Positions 1 to 13,914 of a stretch of 64,000 nucleotides of DNA are shown in pieces (position 1 is the first letter of the stretch; the number at the start of each line of letters is the position of its first letter). A model generated the notes under the pieces. It searched no databases. It saw nothing but the letters and a program-made list of their open reading frames with translations, and was not told the origin of the DNA. Source of the stretch: Vicugna vicugna (lineage: Eukaryota); the NCBI GenBank assembly GCA_013265495.1, contig MU058650.1, forward strand, positions 89,394-153,393. Reading direction: 5' to 3'. The position numbers and the translations under genes were made by a program.

Positions 1-800
1 CCCCACTCTCCATCTAAATCTTCTTAGGGGTAGTTATCCTTCCTCTGTATTTTGGGTGGAAACTCAAGGTGTCCAGGGACTTTTCTGATCACTCTTATCT
101 TACTTAAGTCACTACCAAAGCTTTATCACAGAACGTGATTTTAATTTAGAAATTAGGACTTCAACAATATCCACATTTCAACCTTCATTCAAAGGTAAGA
201 CCTCACCAGGCTTCCCCAGGTGCAGACAGTCTCCCTGACTTCAGAGGAGCCTTCTGGGAGGAGCAGGGCAGTTTTATCTCTATGTCTCACCTCTGGCTCT
301 GACTGTCTCATGGATACATCCCCAGGTTCCCAGATTCTGGACCCTCCTAACTGGAGTTCCTTTGATGTAGCTGGTCCTCTCCAACAGCTGGTCACTCCTT
401 CACCCACTCAGCATTGAAAAAGCCCATAGTTTTTGAGGACCCTTTTCCCTGGCAGCCACACTTATAAAATATAACCTTTTAAACAGACATCAGGCTTCAA
501 ATTCCCATTGCTATTTCCAGACCTGCTCTCTGGAACATGCATGCTTTTGACGCACAATCACAGGAGAATTCAGTTAACACTGCAGATGTAGGACCTTCTC
601 TAGGACATCTGTTACTTAGCTGCTGAGGGCAGGCAACAGATGAACACCAAACCCCTGCATCTGCCAATTGCAGGGAACACTTGTCAAGATTTTCAAATGT
701 ACCTGATGATATGTCCATCATATGGCCAGGCTTGAACTGAACAGCAATGCTCCTTCCACATTTCATAGCTCTCTCACCTAGTCACCTTCCAAGATGTTCT

Positions 801-1743
801 TTTTAATTTTTTACTGAGGTGTAGTTGATTTATAGTTGATTTTCAGGTGCATAACATAGTGATTCAGTTTGTAATGAATATACTCCATCTCTGGTTATTA
901 TAAATATTGGCTATATGTCCTGTGCTATACAGTGCATCCTTATAGCTTGTTTGTTTATATAAATCATTTAGCCCTATGTATATAAACCACTTAGCCTTCT
1001 CTTGCCCCTCCCCTTCCCTGGTCCCCACTGGTAAGCACTAGTTTGTTCTCTCTATCTGTGAGTCTATTTCTTTTAGTTAAATTCAGTAGTTTTAATTTTT
1101 AGACTCCATGTATAAGTGATAACCATACAGTTTTTGTCTTTCTCTCTTATTTCAATATGCTTAATACCCATCCATGTTGCTACAAATGGCAAAATTTCAT
1201 TTGTTTTTATGGCTGAGCCATATTCTATAGTATATACACCACATCTTCTTTATCCATTGATCTGTTGATAGACACTTAGGTTGCTTCCAAATCTTGGCAA
1301 CTGTAAACAATGCAGCTATGAATATTGGGGTGCATGTATCTTTTTGAATTAGTGTTTTTATCTTTTCAGATGTATACCCAGGAGTGGAATTGACAGGTCA
1401 TATGGCAGTTCTATTTAGTATTTTTTAGAAACCTCTACACTGACCATACCACTCAAGGAAATCTACAGATTCAGTGGAATCTGTATCAAAATACAAATGG
1501 CATTTTTCATGGAACAAGAACAAATAATTTTAAAAAACTGTATGAAAACACAAAAGACTCTGAATAGCCAAAACAATCTTAAGAAAGAACAGAAATAAAG
1601 GTATAACCCTCCTTGACTTCAAACTATACTGCAAAGCTACTGTAATCAAAAATGGTATGGTACTGGCATGAAAACAAAAATATGGATCAATGGAACAGAA
1701 TAGAGAGGCCAGAAATAAACCCACACACTTATTGTCAGTTATT
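801..1743 (-). mobile_element. 5'-truncated LINE-1 with inverted 5' segment (twin-priming type)
   Basis: T-rich tail at ~801 followed by minus-strand L1 3'UTR/ORF2 end to ~1438 (ttggggtgcatgtatctttttgaattagtg, ttgctacaaatggcaaaatttca). 1440-1743 is plus-strand ORF2 sequence (gacttcaaactatactgcaaagctac...aatagagaggccagaaataaacccacac). Confidence 0.85.
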
Positions 1744-3904
1744 TAGAATGCTCTGGCACATGGCACTCCTAAAATAGCCTTTTATCATAATTTTGTGTCA
1801 TCCTTTCTCTCAACCGGGAGAGGAAAGAGAGGAGGAATTGCCTGTTGTATTAAAACAAAATTTAACTCTAAGGAAAGAAGGAGAAAAGGCGATATTCTAG
1901 GATTTATTATAGAGTCAAGTGGACTATAGGGCTTGGTGTTTCCCCTTGAAGGGAGATCTAGGGCCACATCAAACTGAACAAAGACATAGATTCCTGCAGT
2001 AAAGTGCTTGGGGACTTCTATGAAAGAACACCACTTGTGTCAACCCAGTGGATGAGGAGTGGCTGGGCTTGCCAAGTTCTTCCCAGGCATAGACACAGGA
2101 GTTCTGGAACCTAATAACACATCTTTTTATTTTAAACTCATCTTTGAAATAATTTGTTGAGTTTTCCTTTTGCAAGAAAGTTTATCTGCTGCTCTTATTA
2201 TTGCTTCTGTGGAATGGTTAAGTAAGGTTTCACCAAAGCCCCAGTTAAAAGCTCCAGTTGCCTCTTTTTTTCATTGTAACTGTCATGGTACAACTTTTGA
2301 TTGATTGATGTCAACAGGATTGCCTGGAGTTAAGAACAGCTGGATCCACTGCAAGTTTTTAGAAAGAAAGAAAAATGAAGGTTTGGAACTGGCAACATCT
2401 GTCTGAATGCATTTGGAGACACCAGATTAGAGGTGCTCAAGGGGAGAGATTTGTAACTCCATCTTCTCCTTCAGTGCCTGGCATGCCACTGCTCAATAAA
2501 TATTTGCCGTATACATGAGTAATTAGAAAAGAAAAATAAAGTGGGATGGAAGTGGGGGGCAGACTGGGAAGATTTCAAGGCATGGGGAGAGAAAAAAGGA
2601 AAGGAAAGCCATATCCCATGAGAAAGATGCTTCTGCAAGAAAGAGTAGGACATTGAATATTCCTGCTGAGGGCGGTATGAAGGGCAGACCAACGTCTCAG
2701 TAGTCTGCAGAGGAAGAATGACAAGGAAGGAGAAGGCAAAGAGGAAACAGTGAAATAACTCCATTTGTTAAGGATCTCTGAAAGAGCTACATGAATTTGA
2801 TAATAATAGTGTAGACTCTGCAACCACAGCTAGACTACCTAGGGCAGAAACTAAGCAGTCAGTAAAGCTGAGGGTGAGAACATTTCCTTGCAGCTAGCAA
2901 AGACTAACGAATAAAGTCCACACAAAGCTTCATTGTGTGAAGCTGCTCTGAAAGGAGGAGTGTGTAGCAGGTGAAGTGCTCCCTCTAGACGGCCACCAGT
3001 GGAGGACACGAAAAGAGAACCGTTAAAAGAGAAGACTTAGAAAAACAAGAATGGAAAGAAATGGAAATAGTAGTTCATTTTGTTTATATTTTACTGTCAG
3101 TGAGGGTTAATGGATAAAGTATTTCCTTCCTTCCCATCCTCCCTTCCTTTCTTTCTTTTTTTGGGAGGTTTATAAGCTTCATTTTAAATATATAGCATGG
3201 AATTGTAGCTTCTTATAGTAACCCGAGGCTATGTGTGTGAAATGAACTTTAAGAGAATAAATGCCAATGTGAAGGGTGATTATCAAGCCAGGTCCAACGA
3301 CTGAGGACCTTCTCCTCTCATTCCCAGAGAGGATGGGTCTTGGATTAAGTCGATTAAGTCCACAGTAGCCCAAGGGAAGTTAAATGTTAAGACTGTTTTT
3401 TTTTTTCACTGCAAAAATTACTGCAGAGTGAAATTGTACAACAAAAACCTGAGCTCTAAAAGACCTCTGGGTGTAATATTAACAGTGTGTGGTTTATAGA
3501 AATATTTTGAGGCAGCTGCAATTCAAACGTCTCCCCCTTGGGTCTCTGACTTGGACCTGATTAAACTAATTTACTCTGAGCATGAGGCACACTATTCACA
3601 TCAAAAGGATATACTTAAATAGATATAATGCAGACTTCCCTGGGGCTGGTTTTGCTTTGCTTTAGACAGGAGCTTGGCTTCTGTCTGGAAAGACATCCTC
3701 TAACTTCACTGTTGAGCCAATAAAGCCCAAATAATATGAAATGGCATAAGCTGTTAAGTAAGTCCACTGGAAAAGAAAGCCTACAGTAGGGAGTTTATTA
3801 GTAGGTGAGTGGCAGTGAAACGCTAGAAATACAGTCCCAGCCAGGCCACACCCTCCATTGAATTCCACAAACGGTATCACTCCTGAACAGAAAAATAGTG
3901 CACT

Positions 3905-4087
3905 GGTTACAGCAACAGACTTTCAAGTCATTAAGATGCAGGTTCAAATCCCCAGCTTGGCCCCTAGTCAAGTTATTTAACCTCTCTGAACCAGTTTCCT
4001 CATAAATAAAGTAAGGAAAATAACACAGCTCTCAGTGGGTTTTTCTAAGGTTTAAATAAAACACTTATGTAAAGCATTCAGTGCATA
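3905..4087 (+). mobile_element. MIR SINE
   Basis: MIR core-like motifs ggttcaaatccc, caagttatttaacctctctgaaccagtttcctcat and tatgtaaagcatt. Confidence 0.75.
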
Positions 4088-4728
4088 GTGATTTTTCAAC
4101 TCTGGCTGCACACTGGAATGAACTAGAGAAGGTTTAAAAGCAATCTCAATGCCCCACCTGAATCCACACATTTTCAGTCAGAATCTCTGATGCTGGATTT
4201 GTATGTATCAAAGGTAGATTAAAAATAGAAGGGCACTCTTAGCTCACCCTCTTCCACGAATACACCAAGAGACACCACGGACACACCCAGTCACTCAGAA
4301 CATTTGCTGAACTTTGACATAACTTTGCCTTCTTCAAAAGACAAAATTCATCACAAATCTGGTAGGAGAAAAGGTAAAAAGAAAGAAGAAGGAAATTAGT
4401 GCTGGACCAGTCCAGAGGGGAGGGAGCAGAAAAGGAGGAACAGTACTCCTTTGCTGGGTCTCCCCCTCCCCAACAGAGAGGTCAGCGGGATGGAGGGGGC
4501 GCCTCCGAGGCTCGAATCTGTACAGAGCAGCCCTTGAGCAACAGAACTCAGTGAAAGGGGCATAAAAGGCCCCTGTGATCCCAGCCCTAGATGTGAACTG
4601 GCAGAGGTGGGGCGGGCCAGGCTGTGGACTGGGGCAACATCAAGGGACTGGAGTGTGCTGTGTGCTGTGGCTGGGAGGGTATATAGGACAGAACAGCCTG
4701 GGTCCCCCATAAAATTTGGAAACCAATG
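4087..4728. mobile_element. MER5-type hAT-Charlie DNA transposon, interrupted by an L1 5'UTR fragment
   Basis: Left end agtgatttttcaactctggctgcacactggaat...cagaatctctg (4087-4200) and a probable right end aaaatttggaaaccaatg (~4711-4728) resemble MER5 termini as recalled. Confidence 0.55.
4225..4714 (+). mobile_element. Solo LINE-1 5'UTR-like fragment
   Basis: agctcaccctcttccacgaatacacc...cagaacatttgctgaac...ggtaggagaaaag...ggagggagcagaaaaggaggaa follows the layout of cetartiodactyl L1 5'UTRs as recalled. No ORF1 follows. Confidence 0.55.
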
Positions 4729-5002
4729 TTCTGGTCTTCGAGGAGAAACCTCACTTAATAGTAAGGGAGATTAGCCGACATTCCATTCTCACTTCTGCAG
4801 TACATGCTAGGGGGCCCATTGCTGCTAGAAGTACTTATGTGCCCTGGCAACTGGTTGAGATTTTCTCCATGTTCTAAGATCCCCAAAATCCCAGGCAAAC
4901 AAATAAAAATGCCCACTAAAAAGAAGTTATTAAACATACACATGCATCAGACTGGACATTATAGCTTATTCAGAAACCAACCAAAAAGCTCAGAGTAAGT
5001 TA

Positions 5003-5372
5003 TTGTATCATAAAGCTTTTGCTGATAAGAAAACCCCTCAACACTTGGTGACTTTAGACAACAAGTAGTTACTATGCATCATGTTCCTGAAGCCTCCCAG
5101 CAGCGATGAATGGAATGGCTGGGACGTCTTTCCATATGGCCTTTCATCTACTAACAGGCTAGTCTGGGTTTGTTTACACAGGATAGAAGAGTTCCCAGTG
5201 TAAGAGAAACAGTAAAACCTCTTGAGGCCCTGGACTTGGAAGTCATGCTGTGTTGCTTGTAATCCACTCTGTTGGTCAAAGAAAGTCACATGGCTGCCTA
5301 TATTTAAGAAATGGATAAAAAGGCTTCACTTACTGGGAGAAGGGACTGCAGGGCTACCTTGCAGTCTACAAC
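5003..5372 (-). mobile_element. MLT1-type MaLR solo LTR
   Basis: cctcttgaggccctggacttggaagtca...ctctgttggtcaaagaaagtcacatggc...gcagtctacaaca, typical MLT1 motifs in reverse orientation. Confidence 0.7.
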
Positions 5373-6757
5373 AGCATCCGTAATTTTTGCCCTTAGCACA
5401 AATACTCAAGACCAACTGTGGACAGTTGACATATCTGTGCAAGCTGTTTATCGTAACGTATTTTGCACAGGTTAGTAGATACTTCTGTAAATATGGGAAC
5501 CTAACTTCAGCATGGCTGTCACAAGTCTTGCCAGGGTCACAGTCTTGTACGTCATCAGATTCTAAGCATGAAGCAGACATGCTTTTGGAGCATAGTGTGG
5601 AATCTGTTCCTTCAGTGATGTTCTCTGGATGGGAGCCATCCTGTTAATGAAACAATGGAGTGAGAATAAAAATTGTGCCAAAAAAAAAAAAAAGAACTCT
5701 TGGAAGAATTCTGTTTTTCCCTTAGTGAATCATGTTAAAGAAAAAACAAACAAACAAGCAACAACAACAAAAACAATCTTGTTTGTATTTTCCGTAAACT
5801 GGTCTACTCAGTAACAAGATACATTTAAAAACACAGCATCGGCACTTTCAGCTTCATGCATTATATCCCTGGTGCTCATAGGACAAAAAGAACCAGTTTT
5901 CTAACTTGTTGAAATTCTTCTCCTTTATCATTCCTAGGCTTGGCCAGCACTTCCGGCATCTCATTGCCTTCAAATTGTTGAGGCTAAACACTAACCTCTT
6001 CAAACGTTATTTTTAGGTCTTTTTGATTGAACATCTCCTTTGACAGTTTAGGGTATTTTCACAAGTCACTTCCTTGCCATTAAAAAAAAAAAATCTGTTT
6101 TTCCCAATCTTAACCTCCTTAGTGAAGCACAGCATATCTTTGGAATCCATCTTCACCAAGATCTCAATACACACAGAATGAAGTGAGGCATTAAGCAGGG
6201 ATTTGCCTACTTGGTGTGATCTGAAGGCATCATCATCTCTTGATATCTTTAGATAACTTATTTTGGTCATGATTCCTGGTATTTCTTCCATTAGAAAAGT
6301 GTTATTTCTTTTGGTGTAGTCTGGATCATTGTGTGGCCTAAGGGGCTGCATGTTAAATAATCCAGCCTGTCTTGAGGAAATAGGACCCAAAACATTGACG
6401 TGGGGAATGTGAAGAGTTTGGAATTGAAAATGGCAGAACTGGGCTCTATATTCAGCAGAGCCATGAACTGCCTGTGTGATTTTGTTTGAATACCCACCTC
6501 TCTGAGCCATCTGCATAATCAGAGCCTTGAACAAGGAAAATATTAATTTTCTTAACCATTCATATTAATGTGCATAAGAAGACAAACCAAGAATGGGGTT
6601 ATTGCCATGGCAAGGCCTGCAGAGAGGCTTGATGGATGCCTTGGCAGTCAGGGACCACACCCAGTTACCTGACGCTAAAAAAAAGGGACCCGAATGAGGG
6701 GAAAAGTAGTGTGGAAGAAAAGTCATTAAAGGCAAATGGGAAATTTTATACTGCCCA

Positions 6758-7090
6758 CTTCAGCAATCATTTATTGAGCACCTACTATGTGTCAGGTACT
6801 GTGCTGAGTGCTGAATCCAAAAGAATTCCTGACTTAGAAAGATCAGAGAAAAACTTACAAAAATAGATAACAGCAAACTGTCATTGCCACACGTTAAGGC
6901 AGTTGTTTATTCTGGGTGTTATGAAAGCCTAGAGGAGGGAACAGAGAAAGATTCCTGGAGGACTAAGTCTTGAAGTCTTAGTGAGAGTTACTCAGGGGAA
7001 TAAAGGAGGAAAGAACATTCTAGAAGAGCATTCCACAGAGTGGAAAGACAGGAGCCAAGGTGCCAAGACATGGAAAGCACAGTGTAGTGA
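6758..7090 (-). mobile_element. LINE-2 3' fragment
   Basis: ttcagcaatcatttattgagcacctactatgtgtcaggtactgtgctgagtgctg is the reverse complement of the L2 3' terminus; purine-rich L2 body follows. Confidence 0.75.
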
Positions 7091-8187
7091 GAAGCAGGCT
7101 TCTGACAATAGGCTTACAGTTTAGATCAGCTTCTGGGCAAAGGACATCTTGGCTTTGAGCGTAGAAGTTAAAAGAAAAATTTTTCCTTTTCAAAATTTTC
7201 TCAGCCCTGGAAGGCACCACCTGTGTTTCTCACACATGTGTTTCTTATTTAATATGTAGATAGAAGGGTTGGCCACATATTAAAGTCCCCAAATTCTTAT
7301 ATCTAATTTATAGATGAAAATGTTTGTCTGAAGAATTGGGACATACTTTAAAATCCTTAGTTGATGCCCAAGCTCCAAAGCAGTGAAGCCAGAGACAAGA
7401 TTGAGCTGAGATAGACACCTGGGCTCATTTCCCTAGTTTCAGCAGCTTACTCATCACCACACAAATACCAGTTTAATTCAGACGTAAGTATTTAACAGCC
7501 TCTATCAGATGAAAGATATGTCAATTTTCATCTCAACTTTCATTTCACCTCTATTGCACAGAGAAGTTTAAAACTCCATTTCCAGATGGCTGTATCATTC
7601 ATGTGCTCTCAGAGGCAGCCTGGCAATCTAGAATTCAGAGTCTACTCAATGTGCTAAGAAGAATCAGGTTCCAACGTTCTAGGTATTTCTGATCCCCACA
7701 GCTCTGCAGTGCAGGGATTGTTTACCTGATCAATCCAGAATGTACTATGTGCCCAGCACTGTGCTAGACACAATGTGGGACCAAACAGAAGAATACCATC
7801 AGGTCCCTAGTATATAATATTTATCTTGTTATAGGAAAGATCAAGCCTTGCCCACCTTAAGACAAACAAAAAAAAAAAGCTTTAGTGAGTTGCTGTTTAA
7901 TATCACTTAGGCTTTAAAAGGAACTTCTTTTACTAGTTGGTGAGAAGCCCAGAATAGAAACAGGAAAAAAAAAGTAGGTCATCTATATATCGCTTCACTA
8001 TTTCACACACTGAATCTGAGCCAGGTGGTGTCCACAGGTAACAGGAGTAATGTGAGTTTTTTTAAATTGAGAGGTGAGGTCTACCTTTAGATGTTAATGG
8101 AGGGGATGGCAAAAAAGACCTTTGGTGTTACCTGACATCACTACCTATCAAGTTCTGTTAAAATGTCTACCTTGATTACTACTTTGG

Positions 8188-8620
8188 ATCACTCATTTAG
8201 CCATTTATCTAATAAATATTTGCTTGGTACATTCTGAACACTGTCAAGTGCTGAAAGGACCTAAATAATAAACATGGTATTTAGCATCAAGGGTCTTGCA
8301 TTCTAGTAGGGTTGAAAGACAAGCAAATGGTAAGCATAGCACAGTATGAAAAGCAATACGATAAACATAAAGTACCAGGTGCTGTAATGCATAAGGGAAT
8401 GTCTTCTAAGACCATGCAGTCAGTCACATATGATGATTACCTTAGTAGGTGATACAGATTGAGCTAAGAAGAATTAACTAAGCAGAGAAAGATGTTCTAG
8501 GCTGAGAAGTGAGTAAGACAAGACTCACTTTGGGAATTTCACTTAGTTCAGGATGGATATGGTATAGGTATACGAGAGTGTGGCAAAAGTGAGGCTGAAA
8601 ACCACGTTGGGGGCCCATGT
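8188..8620 (-). mobile_element. LINE-2 3' fragment
   Basis: cactcatttagccatttatctaataaatatttg...cttgcattctagtaggg...agacaagcaaat, degenerate L2 3' end on the minus strand. Confidence 0.55.
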
Positions 8621-9553
8621 CATGATTAAGGCACTAAACCTCTTTCTAAAATGCAAATTTGTGGGGGTAGAAATAAACATGAATCAATTACCATTCACTC
8701 ACACTTTGCATCAAATCAGCAAACATCTTAACTTCTGTTAAATAAGTGACAAATAAGATAGGTCTGTTTCTCTGTAGCTTTGGAAGGGATAAGAGCCTGG
8801 TAGGGCTTTACACACCCACAGGACTGTTTGAAGGCACTGATTCCCTGGGCTGAGATCTAAAATGGATCCATGGAAAGAAAGCAATGGAACTCTGCTCAGT
8901 TTACTATTGGAACCAACATATCTATTATCCAAGCATTTCAGAAAACAGACACTCTACTGTTTATATAATAAGAAAGTTTCTATTGGTAAATGACTGCTCA
9001 TTCATTGATTTAACATAATTCCTTTTAGCATCCACTTTATGCTGGGCCCCAAGATGTAAGGCTCAGGGAACCTCATCAAAAATTAGTGAAAACCTACGGT
9101 GCAGCACGTGCTCTTGCCCCTTGCTCTGTCCTTCCCAGCTTGCCCCTCCTCCAGTATCTTGCCCAGGTCCAAGCCCCCCAGGTGCTGCTGGAATCCTCAA
9201 GAAACTCTGCTTCTTCACACACTGGGCAATAGCAAACAGGAATACAAAGATAAGTAGTGTACATTTCCTTCACTGAAGAAGTCATTTCCTAGGAAAAGTA
9301 CAGTAATTGCACAAGAATTCAATTTCTCCTTATACTCTTTCAAGCTTCCCTCAACCCCTCATAGATTTTGCTCTTAAAACACATCCTAATACACAATTTG
9401 TATGCACACGTCCACCTTGAGTATATTTCCAGATAACCCAGACTAAGACAGTGAGAGGAAAACATGAATGAGTAAAAAATATGTAAAATGTTCTTTAGAT
9501 AATCAGTTTAAAAATTGTTTTCCCATAGACAGTAAAAAGTCGATTATTTTTAA

Positions 9554-10582
9554 AAAATTAGTCCCTTGTCAATCATGTCATTTGCAAATATTTCTCGTAT
9601 TCTGTAGGTTGTCTTTTGTTTGTGGTTTCCTTTGCTGTGCAAAAACTTTTAAGTTTAATTATGTCCCATTTTTAAATTTTTGCTTTTATTTCCGTTCCTC
9701 TAGGAGCTGATTCAAAAAAACTACTGAAATTTGCAAACAGCTCATACAGCTTGATATTAAAAAACACACAAATAACCCAATTAAAAAATGGACAGAAGAC
9801 TTAAATAGACATTTCTCCAAAGAAGACATCCAGATGGCCAACAGGCACATAAAAAGATGCTCAACATCACTAATTATCAGAGAAATGTGAATCAAAACTA
9901 CAATTAGATATCACCTCACACCAGTCAGAATGACCATCACTAAAAAGTCTATAAATAATAAATGGCTAGAGAGGGTGTGGAGAGAAAGGAATCTTCCTAC
10001 ACTTTTGGTGGGAATGTAAGTTGGTGCAGCCATTATGGAGGACAGTATGGAGGTTCCCTAAAAAACTAAAAATAGACTTAGCATATGGTCCAGCATTCCC
10101 CACCAGTCATATATTCAGAGGAAAGTATAATTCAAAAAGACACATGCACCCCAATTTTCATAGCAGCATCATTTACAATAGCCAAGACATGGAAACAACC
10201 CAAATATCCATAGACAAATGACTGGATAAAGAAGTTGTGATGCACACACACACACACACACACACAAATAAAATAAAATAAATGGAATATTACTCAACTG
10301 TAAAAAAGAATGAAATAGTGCCATTTGCAGCAACATGGATGCACATAGAGATTATAATCTTAAGTGAAGTCAAAAAGAGAAAGACAAATATCATATTACA
10401 TCCTTGTATGTGGAATCTAAAGAAAAATGATACAAATTCTATTTACAAACCAAAAATAGACTCATGGACATAGAAAACAAATGATAGTTATCAAAGGAGA
10501 AAGGGCTGGGGAAGGATAAAGTAGGAGCCGTACATCTGAAACTAACACAGTAAAATCACACTTCAGTAAAAAATAAAATTTT
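9554..10582 (+). mobile_element. 5'-truncated, 5'-inverted LINE-1 with target-site duplication
   Basis: 9554-9726 is antisense ORF2; 9727-10582 is sense ORF2 C-terminus (ORF track MEYYSTVKKNEIVPFAATWM), 3'UTR and A-rich tail. Flanks taaaaagtcgattatttttaa (9533-9553) and taaaaagtcaattgcttttaa (10583-10603) match 18/21. Confidence 0.92.
10243..10266. repeat. (CA)12 microsatellite inside L1
   Basis: Read directly from the sequence. Confidence 0.95.
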
Positions 10583-11049
10583 TAAAAAGTCAATTGCTTT
10601 TAAGGTATACATCAGAATGAAATCATTTTGTAAATGTTCACTAAGTGGATTCTCATGCATAGTATTTTAATTTCCAATTCATGACACATACTATGTAAGC
10701 AAAAGCTTAATAAATGCCCATTTGTCAAATATATACACATACAAAACCATGAAATAAGTGGAGGGACATCTAGTCAAAATATGAAAAACTTAAATAGCAA
10801 TACTGAATTTCACTTCAAGATATTCTAACATGAATAAAGATGCTAGCAGTTTCTTATACAAAAAAAAAAAAAACAAAGAAATGAAAATAAAACTATTATT
10901 TAACTAAAAGCAAAGCCATCATGGAAATGTGAGGGGAACTTAAATGAGTTATTTTCTTATTTTCCATGTTCAGTCCTTTACTTCTCAGGATTGTTTTCAT
11001 CTCAGTAACAGTCACTAGTCTTTTTCCATTGTTAACGGTGCAACGACAA

Positions 11050-11320
11050 TAGATGCAAGTCACACAAGATGCTCTGGAGCTGGGATGGATCTTCAGAGTT
11101 TTCCCAGTTGGGCCTTGGTACCTCCACTTCCACCATTCATTGGTGGGGGATAGGTGATCTTGGGCTAGGCAGCTCCATTTGCCTGATGGCAATTCCAAGG
11201 GAGAGACACAGCTGTAAGCTGCCGGAAGCCAATACTCCTGGCAGCTGGGGGAATGTGCACCTTTGTCTTGAAGGGGGGTGGAGGGGTGGATCGAGACAGC
11301 ATATCACAACATTTGGTACA
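11050..11320 (-). mobile_element. LTR33-like ERVL LTR fragment
   Basis: gctctggagctgggatggatcttcagagtt...gccaatactcctggcagctgggggaatg...cacaacatttggtaca resembles the reverse complement of LTR33 as recalled. Confidence 0.7.
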
Positions 11321-12589
11321 TCCACTGAAATCCACAGACCTGGTATTACTTCTTTTGGAGGAATTCTAGTAAAGCATGTAGACACCTGAGACTGAAAACA
11401 TTTAATAAAAAAGGTATGGCATTGTATATTACAAAATGAATTCTTTGAAAAATATGGTCTGTCAGCGATTCCTGCAGGATTTATGGTGGCTTAAATTTCT
11501 TATTCTTGTTTCCTCTTGACTGAGTCCAATGCTTTAGTCACAGCTGCCTCCACCTTGGGAAATGCTTGGGGCACTGAAACTGTTATTACAAGATTAGTTT
11601 TGAACGAAACAGAGTCTAATTTTTTTTCACTGAAAAGTGCCATGGTACAGGCATTATTAAACTAAAATAATTGCTATTAATCCTGGCAAATTTAGGAGTA
11701 AGTTTAAGAAATCAGTTTTCTTAACTCCACTCATTTTATTCGATCTGAACAACAGGCAGATTTCTGGTCATGTAACAAACATTTAATGAATATGTGATAT
11801 ATGCCAGGAACTGTGGGGGAATTAGAAATTATTTCTCATTCTTGGAAAGTGCACAAGATATTCATCCATGACAGATTTATGTCACCAATATTGATGGTCA
11901 CCTGAAGGATATGATTGTGTCATATTTAGTACAACCTCTATTACAGTTTAGAGGAGGAACGGATAAGCCAGTTCATTTTGAATCAGCAAGATAATCTCTT
12001 CTGGAAAACTTAGCCTTTGGTGGATGGGAAGGAACTGCATGTTTGGAGTTGGGGAAAATTCAGTCTTTCTAGATCTGGGAAGAACTTAATGAAAACATGA
12101 AGATAGAGGTGTGGGATTTTCAAATAATCTGGACTTCAAAATATTTAAGAAATTAGATGTTAGACAAGGAAAGAAATGCTAGATCATTGAAAGCCTTGAA
12201 TGTTGGGCTCTGAATTCAGAGTTTTTCAATAGACAACTTGGGAACTATTGATGATCTCTGACCTGAGCAGAGAAAATAATTATCTTGGGTTAACTTTACA
12301 TAGTAATGTTTGTTTTCCTCAAGAAAGCTTAGTCATCTGAAACACAGAGCTATTAATTTTAAGCCACTAGGCTATTTTTTGTTCACTTAGTATATGTTTA
12401 TAGTGTCTCAAGATCCATTTATAGTAGAGTTTATGGGACTTCTTAAAATTAAAAAGAAGATCAAAAATTCTCTGCACATTCAAGTAAGATATTGTCTTCT
12501 GTAGCTGGAAATATTGCTATTACTTTAATAATATTTCCCCCACAGACAGGGTATTTGGGAATTTGATATGGTTGAGCACTTTGTAGGTT

Positions 12590-12775
12590 ATTAAATATTT
12601 GTGGATCCCAGTAAAGTAGGTACAATTATTTATTACCATTTTATAGTTGAGGAAAGTGAGGCACAAAGAGATTAAATAACTTTCCCAGGATCATTCAGTT
12701 AGGAAGTGGCAGGTACAATCCTGAAATCAGTTGGTCTGATTCCCCAGTCTGTGCTAATAACCACACTGCAATACC
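12590..12775 (-). mobile_element. MIR SINE
   Basis: ccattttatagttgaggaaagtgaggcacaaagagattaaataactttcccaggatca. Confidence 0.85.
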
Positions 12776-13049
12776 ACTTCTGAGAACAAGGCAGGAAGAG
12801 ACAACAGAACTGCTCAAAGCAGCAGCCCGAGTAGACATGTGACAAGAGAGAAGATGGAATTTTCTGCTGTTAGGCACCATGAACGCTTCAGACATTTTAT
12901 TTGGTTATTAAATGAAAGGATAATTCTAGAAGCATATGATACTTGTGACCCCAGAATCATCAAGGCCAGAGTATTAATGCCATATTTAACATTTTGTTCA
13001 CCTTACATATTCAGTCATTTGTCAAGCCAATTCATTTTTATAATTCATT

Positions 13050-13899
13050 CATTTATCTATTTTATTTTAATTTATTTTTTATTAAGTTATAGTCAGTTTA
13101 CAATGTTGTATCAATTTCGGGTGTACAGCAAAATGCTTCAGTCATATATGAACATACATATATTCAATTTCACATTCTTTTTCACCATGAAGCTACTACA
13201 AGATATTGAATATATTTCCCTGTGCTATACAGTATAAACTTGTTTATCTATTTTATATATATCAGTCAGTATCTGCAAATCTCAAACTCCCAGTTTAGCT
13301 CTTCCCACTGCCCCCCGCACCCCCGGGCAACCACAAGTCTGTATTCTATGTCTGTGAGTCTGTTTCTGTTTCTTATATAAGTTCATTTGTCTTTTTTATA
13401 CATTCCACATATGAGTGATATCATATACTTCTCTTTCTCTTTCTGGTTTACTTCACTTGGAATGACATTCTCCAGGGACATCCACATTGCTGCAAATGGC
13501 ATTATTTTATCATTTTTTAATGTAGTGTTCCATTCTGTAAATATACCACAATTTCTTTATCCAGTCATTTGTTGATGGACACTTAAGCTGTTTCCATGTC
13601 TTGGCTATTGTAGATAATGCAGCTATGAACATTGGGGTGTAGGTGCCTTTTTGAAGTAGAATTCCCTCCAGATATCCAGAAGTGGGATTGCTGGGTCATA
13701 TGGTAAGTTTATTTTAGTTTTTTTGAGGAATCTCCATACTGTTTTCCACAGTGGCTGCACCAAACTGCATTCCTACCAACAGTGTAGGAAGGTACCCTTT
13801 TCTCCACACCCTCTCCAGCATTTATCATTTGTAGACTTTTGAATGATGGCCATTCTGACTAGTGTGAGGTGACACCTCATTGTACTTTTGATTTGCATT
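13050..13899 (-). mobile_element. 5'-truncated LINE-1 (lineage-specific 3'UTR plus ORF2 C-terminus)
   Basis: T-rich tail, then agttatagtcagtttacaatgttgt...agctactacaagatattgaatatatttccctgtgctatacag...ggccattctgactagtgtgaggtgacacctcattgt. Closely similar to 50323-51318. Confidence 0.92.
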
Positions 13900-13914
13900 A
13901 AACATCAAGGTTCT

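Noticed and set aside
2975..3007. CTCF-like motifs (ccctctagacggccaccagtgg); a similar one lies at ~21641-21657
   Set aside because: Key core positions mismatch or spacing is off by one; not supportable by eye.
6013..6534. Longest ORF in the window (173 aa, minus strand)
   Set aside because: Non-ATG start, runs through a homopolymer, no recognisable domain; compatible with chance.
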